Assembly: GCA_043228905.1 (NCBI GenBank)
Contig: JBHGNT010000045.1
Span: 143,944-207,943 of the forward strand
Reading direction: 5' to 3'
Origin: Azolla caroliniana
Taxonomy: Eukaryota > Plantae > Polypodiophyta
DNA: 64,000 nucleotides
The position numbers and the translations under genes are program-made. The notes under the pieces are model-generated. The model did no database searches. It worked only from the letters and a program-made list of their open reading frames with translations, and was not told the origin of the DNA. Positions 43,201 to 55,292 of this stretch are shown in pieces; within the stretch, counting starts at the first letter, position 1, and the number at the start of each line of letters is the position of its first letter.

Positions 43201-45804
43201 AAATCAAGATTTTGAAACTCAGGTAGACAGACATGAAGAAAGTAGCAAAATTCAGGAGGGACTTGAGAAGAGCCCGTGAGTAAATTAAAATGGTCATACC
43301 TGGCTCCTCTGATATCGGATTTTTGTGTTAAAACATGCAAATCGAACCTAACAACGCTAGCTACGCTACACAATTAAAAAATCAAGATTTTGAAACTCAG
43401 GTCGAGAGACATGACAAAATTAGCAAAATTCAGGAGGGACTTGAGAAGAGCCCGTGAGTAAATTAAAATGGTCATACCTGGCTCCTGTGATATCGGATTT
43501 TTATGTTCAAACATCCGAATCGAAGCTAACAACGCTAGCTATGTTACACAATTAAAAAATCAGGATTTTGAAACTCAGGTAGAGAGACATGAAGAATTTA
43601 GCAAAATTGAGGAGGGACTTGTGAAGAGCCCGTGAGTAAATTAAAATGGTCATACCTAGCCCCTGTGATATCGGATTTTTGTGTTCAAACATGCGAGTCG
43701 AAGCTAACAACGCTAGCTGTGCTACACAATTAAAAAATTAAGATTTTTAAACTTAGGTCGAGAGACATGAAGAAATTAGCAAAATTGAGGAGGGGACTTG
43801 AGAAGAGCCCGTGAGTAAATTAAAATGGTCATACCTAGCCCCTGTGATATCGGATTTTTGTGTTCAAACATGCGAGTCGAAGCTAACAACGCTAGCTGTG
43901 CTACACAATTAAAAAATTAAGATTTTTAAACTCAGGTCGAGAGACATGAAGAAATTAGCAAAATTGAGGAGGGACTTGTGAAGAGCCCGTGAGTAAATTA
44001 AAATGGTCATACCTGGCTCCTCTGATATCGGATTTTTGTGTTAAAACATGCAAATCGAACCTAACAACGCTAGCTACGCTACACAATTAAAAAATCAAGA
44101 TTTTGAAACTCAGGTAGACAGACATGAAGAAATTAGCAAAATTGAGGAGGGACTTGAGAAGAGCCCGTGAGTAAATTAAAATGGTCATACCTGGCTCCTC
44201 TGATATCGGATTTTTGTGTTAAAACATCCAAATCGAACCTAACAACGCTAGCTACGCTACACAATTAAGAAATCAAGATTTCGAAACTCAGGTCGAGAGA
44301 CATGACGAAATTAGCAAAATTCAGGAGGGACTTGAGAAGAGCCCGTGAGTAAATTAAAATGGTCATACCTGGCTCCTGTGATATCGGATTTTTATGTTCA
44401 AACATCCGAATCGAAGCTAACAACGCTAGCTATGTTACACAATTAAAAAATCAGGATTTTGAAACTCAGGTAGAGAGACATGAAGAATTTAGCAAAATTG
44501 AGGAGGGACTTGTGAAGAGCCCGTGAGTAAATTAAAATGGTCATACCTGGCTCCTGTGATATCGGATTTTTGTGTTCAAACATGCGAGTCGAAGCTAACA
44601 ACGCTAGCTGTGCTACACAATTAAAAAATTAAGATTTCTAAACTGAGGTCGAGAGACATGAAGAAATTAGCAAAATTGAGGAGGGACTTGAGAAGAGCCC
44701 GTGAGTAAATTAAAATGGTCATACCTGGCTCCTGTGATATCGGATTTTTGTGTTCAAATATGCGAGTCGAAGCTAACAACGCTAGCTGTGCTACACAATT
44801 AAAAAATTAAGATTTTTAAACTCAGGTCGAGAGACATGAAGAAATTAGCAAAATTGAGGAGGGACTTGAGAAGAGCCCGTGAGTAAATTAAAATGGTCAT
44901 ACCTGGCTCCTGTGATATCGGATTTTTGTGTTCAAACATCCGAATCGAAGCTAACAACGCTAGCTATGCTACACAATTAAAAAATCAAGATTTTGAAACT
45001 CAGTTAGACAGACATGAAGAAAGTAGCAAAATTCAGGAGGGACTTGAGAAGAGCCCGTGAGTAAATTAAAATGGTCATACCTGGCTCCTCTGATATCGGA
45101 TTTTTGTGTTAAAACATGCAAATCGAACCTAACAACGCTAGCTACGCTACACAATTAAAAAATCAAGATTTTGAAACTCAGGTCGAGAGACATGACAAAA
45201 TTAGCAAAATTCAGGAGGGACTTGAGAAGAGCCCGTGAGTAAATTAAAATGGTCATACCTGGCTCCGCTGATATCGGATTTTTGTGTTCAAACATCCGAA
45301 TCGAAGCTAACAACGCTAGCTATGCTACACAATTAAAAAATTAAGATTTTGAAACTCAGGTAGAGAGACATGAAGAATTTAGCAAAATTGAGGAGGGACT
45401 TGTGAAGAGCCCGTGAGTAAATTAAAATGGTCATACCTAGCCCCTGTGATATCGGATTTTTGTGTTCAAACATGCGAGTCGAAGCTAACAACGCTAGCTG
45501 TGCTACACAATTAAAAAATTAAGATTTTTAAACTTAGGTCGAGAGACATGAAGAAATTAGCAAAATTGAGGAGGGACTTGAGAAGAGCCCGTGAGTAAAT
45601 TAAAATGGTCATACCTGGCTCCTGTGATATCGGATTTTTGTGTTCAAACATCCGAATCGAAGCTAACAACGCTAGCTATGCTACACAATTAAAAAATCAA
45701 GATTTTGAAACTCAGTTAGACAGACATGAAGAAAGTAGCAAAATTCAGGAGGGACTTGAGAAGAGCCCGTGAGTAAATTAAAATGGTCATACCTGGCTCC
45801 TCTG
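37211..45804. repeat. Subfamily B block 2
   Basis: CTCCTGTG, AAAATTG and GCTACAC diagnostics. Confidence 0.9.
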
Positions 45805-48480
45805 ATAGGGAATTCAAAAATGAAGATTTTGAAACTCAGGTCGAGAGACATGAAGAAATAAGCAAATTTGAGGAGGGACTTGAGAAGAGTCCGTGAGTAA
45901 ATAAAAATGGTCATACCTGGCTCGTGTGATATCTGATTTTTGTGTTCAAACATGCTAATCGAAGCTAACAACGCTAGCTATGATACGGAATTCTAAAATC
46001 TAGATTTTGAAACTTAGGTCGAGAGACAAGAAGAAATTAGCAACTTTGAGGAGGGACTTGAGAAGAGGACGTGAGTAAATAAAAATGGTCATACCTGGCT
46101 CTTGTGATATCGGATTTTTGTGTTCAAAATACGAAACGAAACTAACAACGCTAGGTATGATATGGAATTTAAAAATCAAGATTTGAAATTCAGGTCGAGA
46201 GACATGACGAAATTAGCAAATTTCAGGAGGGACTTGAGAAGAGCCCGTGAGTAAATTAAAATGGTCGTACATGGCTCGTGTGATATCGGATATTTGTGCT
46301 CAAACATGCGAATCGAAACTAACAACGCTAGCTATGATATGGAATTAAAAAATCAAGATTTTGAAACTCAGGTCGAGAGAGATGAAGAAATTAGCAAATT
46401 TGACGACGGACATGAGAAGACTCCGTGAGTAAATTAAAATGGTCATACCTGGGTTGTGTTATATCTGATTTTTGTGTTCAAACATACGAATCGAAGCTAA
46501 CAACGCTAGGTATGATATAGAACTAAAAAATCAAGATTTTGAAACTCAAGTCGAGAGACATAAAGAAATTAGCAAATTTGATGACGGACATGAGAAAACG
46601 CAATCAGTAAATTAAAATGGTCATACCTGGGTTGTGTTATATCGGATTTTTGGGTTCAGACATGCGAATCGAAGCTAACAACGCTAGGTATGATATAGAA
46701 CTAAAAAATCAAGATTTTGAAACTGAGGTCGAGAGACATGAAGAAATTAGCAAATTTGAGGACGGCCATGAGAAGAGCCCGTGAGTAAATTAAAATGGTC
46801 ATACCTGGCTCGTGTGATATCGGATTTTTGTGTTCAAACATGCGAATCGAAGCTAACAACGCTAGCAATGATATGGAATTAAAAAATCAAGATTTTGAAA
46901 CTCAGGTCGAGAGACATGAAAAATTAGCAAATTTGAGGAGGGACTTGAGAAGAGGACGTGAGTAAATTAAAATGGTCATACCTGGCTCGTGTGATATCGG
47001 ATATTTGTGTTCAAATATGCGAATCGAAGCTAACAACGCTAGCTATGATATAGAATTAAGAAATCAAGATTTTGAAACTCAGGTCGAGAGACAAGAAGAA
47101 ATTAGCAAATTTGAGGACGGACATGAGAAGACGCAATGAGTAAATTAAAATGGTTGAGAGACATGAAGAAAATTGCACATTTAAAGAGGGATTTGAGAAG
47201 AGCCCGTGAGTAAATTAAAATGGTCATACATGGCTCGTGTGATATCGTATATTTGTGTTCAAACATGCGAATCGAAATTAACAACACTAGCTATGATATG
47301 GAATTAAAAAATGAAGATTTTGAAACTCAGGTCGAGAGACATAAAGAAATTAGCAAATTTGACGACGGACATGAGAAGACGCAATGAGTAAATTAAAATG
47401 GTCATACCTGGGTCGTGTTATATCGGATTTTTGTGTTCAGACATGCGAATCGAAGCTAACAACACTAGCTATGATATAGAACTAAAAAATCAAGATTTTG
47501 AAAATCAGGTCGAGAGACATGAAGAAATTAGCAAATTTGAGGACGGCCATGAGAAGAGCCCGTGAGTAAATTAAAATGGTCATACATGGCTCGTGTGAAA
47601 TCGGATTTTTGTGTTCAAACGTGCGTATCGAAGCTAACAACGCTAGCTATGATATAGAACTAAAAAATCAAGATTTTGAAACTCAGGTCAAGAGACATTC
47701 AGAAAATAGCAAATTTGAAGAGGGACTTGAGAAGAGCCCGTGAGTAAATTAAAATGGTCATACATGGCTCGTGTGATATCGGATATTTGTGCTCAAACAT
47801 GCGAATCGAAACTAACAAAGCTAGCTATGATATGGAATTAAAAAATCAAGATTTTGAAATTCAGGTCGAGAGAGATGAAGAAATTAGCAAATTTGACGAC
47901 GGACATGAGAAGACTCCGTGAGTAAATTAAAATGGTCATACCTGGCTTGTGTTATATCGGATTTCTGTGTTCAAACATGCGAATCGAAGCTAACAACGCT
48001 AGGTATGATATAGAACTAAAAAATCAAGATTTTGACACTCAGGTCGAGAGACATGAAGAAATTAGCAAATTTGAGGACGGCCATGAGAAGAGCCCGTGAG
48101 TAAATTAAAATGGTTATACATGGCTCGTGTGATATCGGATTTTTGTGTTCAAACATGCGAATCGAAGCTAACAACGCTAGCTATGATATAGAACTAAAAA
48201 ATCAAGATTTTGAAACTCAGGTCGAGAGACATGAAGAAAATAGCAAATTTGAAGAGGGACTTGAGAAGAGCCCGTGAGTAAAGAAAAATGGTCATACCTC
48301 GCTCGTGTGATATCGGATTTTTGTGGTCAAACATGCGAATCGAAGCTAACAACGCTAGCTATGATATGGAATTTAAAAATCAAGATTTGAAGCTCAGGTC
48401 GACAGACATGACGAAATTAGCAAATTTCAGGAGGTACTTGAGAAGAGCCCATGAGTAAATTAAAATGGTCATACCTGGCT
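45805..48480. repeat. Subfamily A block 3 (about 15 monomers)
   Basis: A diagnostics; begins at the deletion junction CTCTGATAGGGAATTC. Confidence 0.9.
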
Positions 48481-51400
48481 CCTGTGATATCGGATTTTTG
48501 TGTTAAAACATGCGAATCGAAGCTAACAACGCTACCTGTGTTACACAATTAAAAAATCAAGATTTCGAAACTCAGGTCGAGAGACATGACGAAATTAGCA
48601 AAATTGAGGAGGGACTTGAGAAGAGCCCGTAAGTAAATTAAAATGGTCATACCTGGGTCCTCTGATATCGGATTTTTGTGTTAAAACATGCGAGTCGAAG
48701 CTAACAACGCTAGCTACGCTACACATTTAAAAAATCAAGATTTTGAAACTCAGGTCGAGAGACATGACGAAATTAGCAAAATTGAGGAGGGACTTGAGAA
48801 GAGCCCGTGAGTAAATTAAAATGGTCATACCTAGCTCCTCTGATATCGGATTTTTGTGTTAAAACATGCGAATCGAACCTAACAACGCTAGCTATGCTAC
48901 ACAATTAAAAAATCAAGATTTTGAAACTCAGGTAGAGAGACATGAAGAATTTAGCAAAATTGAGGAGGGACTTGTGAAGAGCCCGTGAGTAAATTAAAAT
49001 GGTCATACCTGGCTCCTGTGATATCGGATTTTTGTGTTCAAACATGCGAGTCGAAGCTAACAACGCTAGCTGTGCTACACAATTAAAAAATTAAGATTTT
49101 TAAACTCAGGTCGAGAGACATGAAGAAATTAGCAAAATTGAGGAGGGACTTGAGAAGAGCCCGTGAGTAAATTAAAATGGTCATACCTGGCTCCTGTGAT
49201 ATCGGATTTTTGTGTTCAAACATCCGAATCGAAGCTAACAACGCTAGCTATGCTACACAATTAAATAATCAAGATTTTGAAACTCAGGTAGACAGACATG
49301 AAGAAAGTAGCAAAATTGAGGAGGGACTTGAGAAGAGCCCGTGAGTAAATTAAAATGGTCATACCTGGCTCCTCTGATATCGGATTTTTGTGTTAAAACA
49401 TGCGAATCGAAGCTAACAACGCTAGCTATGCTACACAATTAAAATTTTCATACCTGGCTCCTGTGATATTAGATTTTTGTGTTCAAACATGCGAATGGAA
49501 GCTAACAACGCTAGCTATGCTACACAATTAAAAAATCAAGATTTCTAAACTGAGGTCGAGAGACATGAAGAAATTAGCAAAATTGAGGAGGGACTTGAGA
49601 AGAGCCCGTGAGTAAATTAAAATGGTCATACCTGGCTCCTGTGATATCGGATTTTTGTGTTCAAACATCCGAATCGAAGCTAACAACGCTAGCTATGCTA
49701 CACAATTAAAAAATCAAGATTTTGAAACTCAGGTAGAGAGACATGAAGAATTTAGCAAAATTGAGGAGGGACTTGTGAAGAGCCCGTGAGTAAATTAAAA
49801 TGGTCATACCTAGCCCCTGTGATATCGGATTTTTGTGTTCAAACATGCGAGTCGAAGCTAACAACGCTAGCTGTGCTACACAATTAAAAAATTAAGATTT
49901 TTAAACTCAGGTCGAGAGACATGAAGAAATTAGCAAAATTGAGGAGGGACTTGAGAAGAGCCCGTGAGTAAATTAAAATGGTCATACCTGGCTCCTGTGA
50001 TATCGGATTTTTGTGTTCAAACATCCGAATCGAAGCTAACAACGCTAGCTATGCTACACAATTAAAAAATCAAGATTTTGAAACTCAGTTAGACAGACAT
50101 GAAGAAAGTAGCAAAATTCAGGAGGGACTTGAGAAGAGCCCGTGAGTAAATTAAAATGGTCATACCTGGCTCCTCTGATATCGGATTTTTGTGTTAAAAC
50201 ATGCAAATCGAACCTAACAACGCTAGCTACGCTACACAATTAAAAAATCAAGATTTTGAAACTCAGGTCGAGAGACATGACAAAATTAGCAAAATTCAGG
50301 AGGGACTTGAGAAGAGCCCGTGAGTAAATTAAAATGGTCATACCTGGCTCCGCTGAGATCGGATTTTTGTGTTCAAACATGCGAGTCGAAGCTAACAACG
50401 CTAGCTGTGCTACACAATTAAAAAATCAAGATTTTGAAACTCAGGTAGACAGACATGAAGAAAGTAGCAAAATTCAGGAGGGACTTGAGAAGAGCCCGTG
50501 AGTAAATTAAAATGGTCATACCTGGCTCCTCTGATATCGGATTTTTGTGTTAAAACATGCAAATCGAACCTAACAACGCTAGCTACGCTACACAATTAAA
50601 AAATCAAGATTTTGAAACTCAGGTCGAGAGACATGACGAAATTAGCAAAATTCAGGAGGGACTTGAGAAGAGCCCGTGAGTAAATTAAAATGGTCATACC
50701 TGGCTCCTGTGATATCGGATTTTTATGTTCAAACATCCGAATCGAAGCTAACAACGCTAGCTATGTTACACAATTAAAAAATCAGGATTTTGAAACTCAG
50801 GTAGAGAGACAGGAAGAATTTAGCAAAATTGAGGAGGGACTTGTGAAGAGCCCGTGAGTAAATTAAAATGGTCATACCTAGCCCCTGTGATATCGGATTT
50901 TTGTGTTCAAACATGCGAGTCGAAGCTAACAACGCTAGCTACGCTACACATTTAAAAAATCAAGATTTTGAAACTCAGGTCGAGAGACATGACGAAATTA
51001 GCAAAATTGAGGAGGGACTTGAGAAGAGCCCGTGAGTAAATTAAAATGGTCATACCTAGCTCCTCTGATATCGGATTTTTGTGTTAAAACATGCGAATCG
51101 AACCTAACAACGCTAGCTATGCTACACAATTAAAAAATCAAGATTTTGAAACTCAGGTAGAGAGACATGAAGAATTTAGCAAAATTGAGGAGGGACTTGT
51201 GAAGAGCCCGTGAGTAAATTAAAATGGTCATACCTGGCTCCTGTGATATCGGATTTTTGTGTTCAAACATGCGAGTCGAAGCTAACAACGCTAGCTGTGC
51301 TACACAATTAAAAAATTAAGATTTCTAAACTGAGGTCGAGAGACATGAAGAAATTAGCAAAATTGAGGAGGGACTTGAGAAGAGCCCGTGAGTAAATTAA

Positions 51401-54400
51401 AATGGTCATACCTGGCTCCTGTGATATCGGATTTTTGTGTTCAAACATCCGAATCGAAGCTAACAACGCTAGCTATGCTACACAATTAAAAAATCAAGAT
51501 TTTGAAACTCAGTTAGACAGACATGAAGAAAGTAGCAAAATTCAGGAGGGACTTGAGAAGAGCCCGTGAGTAAATTAAAATGGTCATACCTGGCTCCTCT
51601 GATATCGGATTTTTGTGTTAAAACATGCAAATCGAACCTAACAACGCTAGCTACGCTACACAATTAAAAAATCAAGATTTTGAAACTCAGGTCGAGAGAC
51701 ATGACAAAATTAGCAAAATTCAGGAGGGACTTGAGAAGAGCCCGTGAGTAAATTAAAATGGTCATACCTGGCTCCGCTGAGATCGGATTTTTGTGTTCAA
51801 ACATGCGAGTCGAAGCTAACAACGCTAGCTGTGCTACACAATTAAAAAATCAAGATTTTGAAACTCAGGTAGACAGACATGAAGAAAGTAGCAAAATTCA
51901 GGAGGGACTTGAGAAGAGCCCGTGAGTAAATTAAAATGGTCATACCTGGCTCCTCTGATATCGGATTTTTGTGTTCAAACATCCGAATCGAAGCTAACAA
52001 CGCTAGCTATGCTACATAATTAAAAAATCAAGATTTCGAAACTCAGGTAGAGAGACATGAAGAAATTAGCAAAATTGAGGAGGGACTTGAGAAGAGCCCG
52101 TGAGTAAATTAAAATGGTCATACCTGGCTCCTGTGATATCGGATTTTTGTGTTCAAACATCCGAATCGAAGCTAACAACGCTAGCTGTGTTACACAATTA
52201 AAAAATCAGGATTTTGAAACTCAGGTAGAGAGACATGAAGAATTTAGCAAAATTGAGGAGGGACTTGTGAAGAGCCCGTGAGTAAATTAAAATGGTCATA
52301 CCTGGCTCCTGTGATATCGGATTTTTGTGTTCAAACATGCGAGTCGAAGCTAACAACACTAGCTATGATATAGAACTAAAAATTCAGGAGGGACTTGAGA
52401 AGAGCCCGTGAGTAAATTAAAATGGTCATACCTGGCTCCTGTGATATCGGATTTTTATGTTCAAACATCCGAATCGAAGCTAACAACGCTAGCTATGCTA
52501 CACAATTAAAAAATCAAGATTTTGAAACTCAGGTAGAGAGACATGAAGAATTTAGCAAAATTGAGGAGGGACTTGTGAAGAGCCCGTGAGTAAATTAAAA
52601 TGGTCATACCTGGCTCCTGTGATATCGGATTTTTGTGTTCAAACATCCGAATCGAAGCTAACAACGCTAGCTATGCTACACAATTAAAAAATCAAGATTT
52701 TGAAACTCAGGTAGACAGACATGAAGAAAGTAGCAAAATTCAGGAGGGACTTGAGAAGAGCCCGTGAGTAAATTAAAATGGTCATACCTGGCTCCTCTGA
52801 TATCGGATTTTTGTGTTAAAACATGCAAATCGAACCTAACAACGCTAGCTACGCTACACAATTAAAAAATCAAGATTTTGAAACTCAGGTCGAGAGACAT
52901 GACAAAATTAGCAAAATTCAGGAGGGACTTGAGAAGAGCCCGTGAGTAAATTAAAATGGTCATACCTGGCTCCTGTGATATCGGATTTTTATGTTCAAAC
53001 ATCCGAATCGAAGCTAACAACGCTAGCTATGTTACACAATTAAAAAATCAGGATTTTGAAACTCAGGTAGAGAGACATGAAGAATTTAGCAAAATTGAGG
53101 AGGGACTTGTGAAGAGCCCGTGAGTAAATTAAAATGGTCATACCTAGCCCCTGTGATATCGGATTTTTGTGTTCAAACATGCGAGTCGAAGCTAACAACG
53201 CTAGCTGTGCTACACAATTAAAAAATTAAGATTTTTAAACTTAGGTCGAGAGACATGAAGAAATTAGCAAAATTGAGGAGGGGACTTGAGAAGAGCCCGT
53301 GAGTAAATTAAAATGGTCATACCTAGCCCCTGTGATATCGGATTTTTGTGTTCAAACATGCGAGTCGAAGCTAACAACGCTAGCTGTGCTACACAATTAA
53401 AAAATTAAGATTTTTAAACTCAGGTCGAGAGACATGAAGAAATTAGCAAAATTGAGGAGGGACTTGTGAAGAGCCCGTGAGTAAATTAAAATGGTCATAC
53501 CTGGCTCCTCTGATATCGGATTTTTGTGTTAAAACATGCAAATCGAACCTAACAACGCTAGCTACGCTACACAATTAAAAAATCAAGATTTTGAAACTCA
53601 GGTAGACAGACATGAAGAAATTAGCAAAATTGAGGAGGGACTTGAGAAGAGCCCGTGAGTAAATTAAAATGGTCATACCTGGCTCCTCTGATATCGGATT
53701 TTTGTGTTAAAACATCCAAATCGAACCTAACAACGCTAGCTACGCTACACAATTAAGAAATCAAGATTTCGAAACTCAGGTCGAGAGACATGACGAAATT
53801 AGCAAAATTCAGGAGGGACTTGAGAAGAGCCCGTGAGTAAATTAAAATGGTCATACCTGGCTCCTGTGATATCGGATTTTTATGTTCAAACATCCGAATC
53901 GAAGCTAACAACGCTAGCTATGTTACACAATTAAAAAATCAGGATTTTGAAACTCAGGTAGAGAGACATGAAGAATTTAGCAAAATTGAGGAGGGACTTG
54001 TGAAGAGCCCGTGAGTAAATTAAAATGGTCATACCTGGCTCCTGTGATATCGGATTTTTGTGTTCAAACATGCGAGTCGAAGCTAACAACGCTAGCTGTG
54101 CTACACAATTAAAAAATTAAGATTTCTAAACTGAGGTCGAGAGACATGAAGAAATTAGCAAAATTGAGGAGGGACTTGAGAAGAGCCCGTGAGTAAATTA
54201 AAATGGTCATACCTGGCTCCTGTGATATCGGATTTTTGTGTTCAAATATGCGAGTCGAAGCTAACAACGCTAGCTGTGCTACACAATTAAAAAATTAAGA
54301 TTTTTAAACTCAGGTCGAGAGACATGAAGAAATTAGCAAAATTGAGGAGGGACTTGAGAAGAGCCCGTGAGTAAATTAAAATGGTCATACCTGGCTCCTG

Positions 54401-55292
54401 TGATATCGGATTTTTGTGTTCAAACATCCGAATCGAAGCTAACAACGCTAGCTATGCTACACAATTAAAAAATCAAGATTTTGAAACTCAGTTAGACAGA
54501 CATGAAGAAAGTAGCAAAATTCAGGAGGGACTTGAGAAGAGCCCGTGAGTAAATTAAAATGGTCATACCTGGCTCCTCTGATATCGGATTTTTGTGTTAA
54601 AACATGCAAATCGAACCTAACAACGCTAGCTACGCTACACAATTAAAAAATCAAGATTTTGAAACTCAGGTCGAGAGACATGACAAAATTAGCAAAATTC
54701 AGGAGGGACTTGAGAAGAGCCCGTGAGTAAATTAAAATGGTCATACCTGGCTCCGCTGATATCGGATTTTTGTGTTCAAACATCCGAATCGAAGCTAACA
54801 ACGCTAGCTATGCTACACAATTAAAAAATTAAGATTTTGAAACTCAGGTAGAGAGACATGAAGAATTTAGCAAAATTGAGGAGGGACTTGTGAAGAGCCC
54901 GTGAGTAAATTAAAATGGTCATACCTAGCCCCTGTGATATCGGATTTTTGTGTTCAAACATGCGAGTCGAAGCTAACAACGCTAGCTGTGCTACACAATT
55001 AAAAAATTAAGATTTTTAAACTTAGGTCGAGAGACATGAAGAAATTAGCAAAATTGAGGAGGGACTTGAGAAGAGCCCGTGAGTAAATTAAAATGGTCAT
55101 ACCTGGCTCCTGTGATATCGGATTTTTGTGTTCAAACATCCGAATCGAAGCTAACAACGCTAGCTATGCTACACAATTAAAAAATCAAGATTTTGAAACT
55201 CAGTTAGACAGACATGAAGAAAGTAGCAAAATTCAGGAGGGACTTGAGAAGAGCCCGTGAGTAAATTAAAATGGTCATACCTGGCTCCTCTG
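48481..55292. repeat. Subfamily B block 3
   Basis: B diagnostics throughout. Confidence 0.9.
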
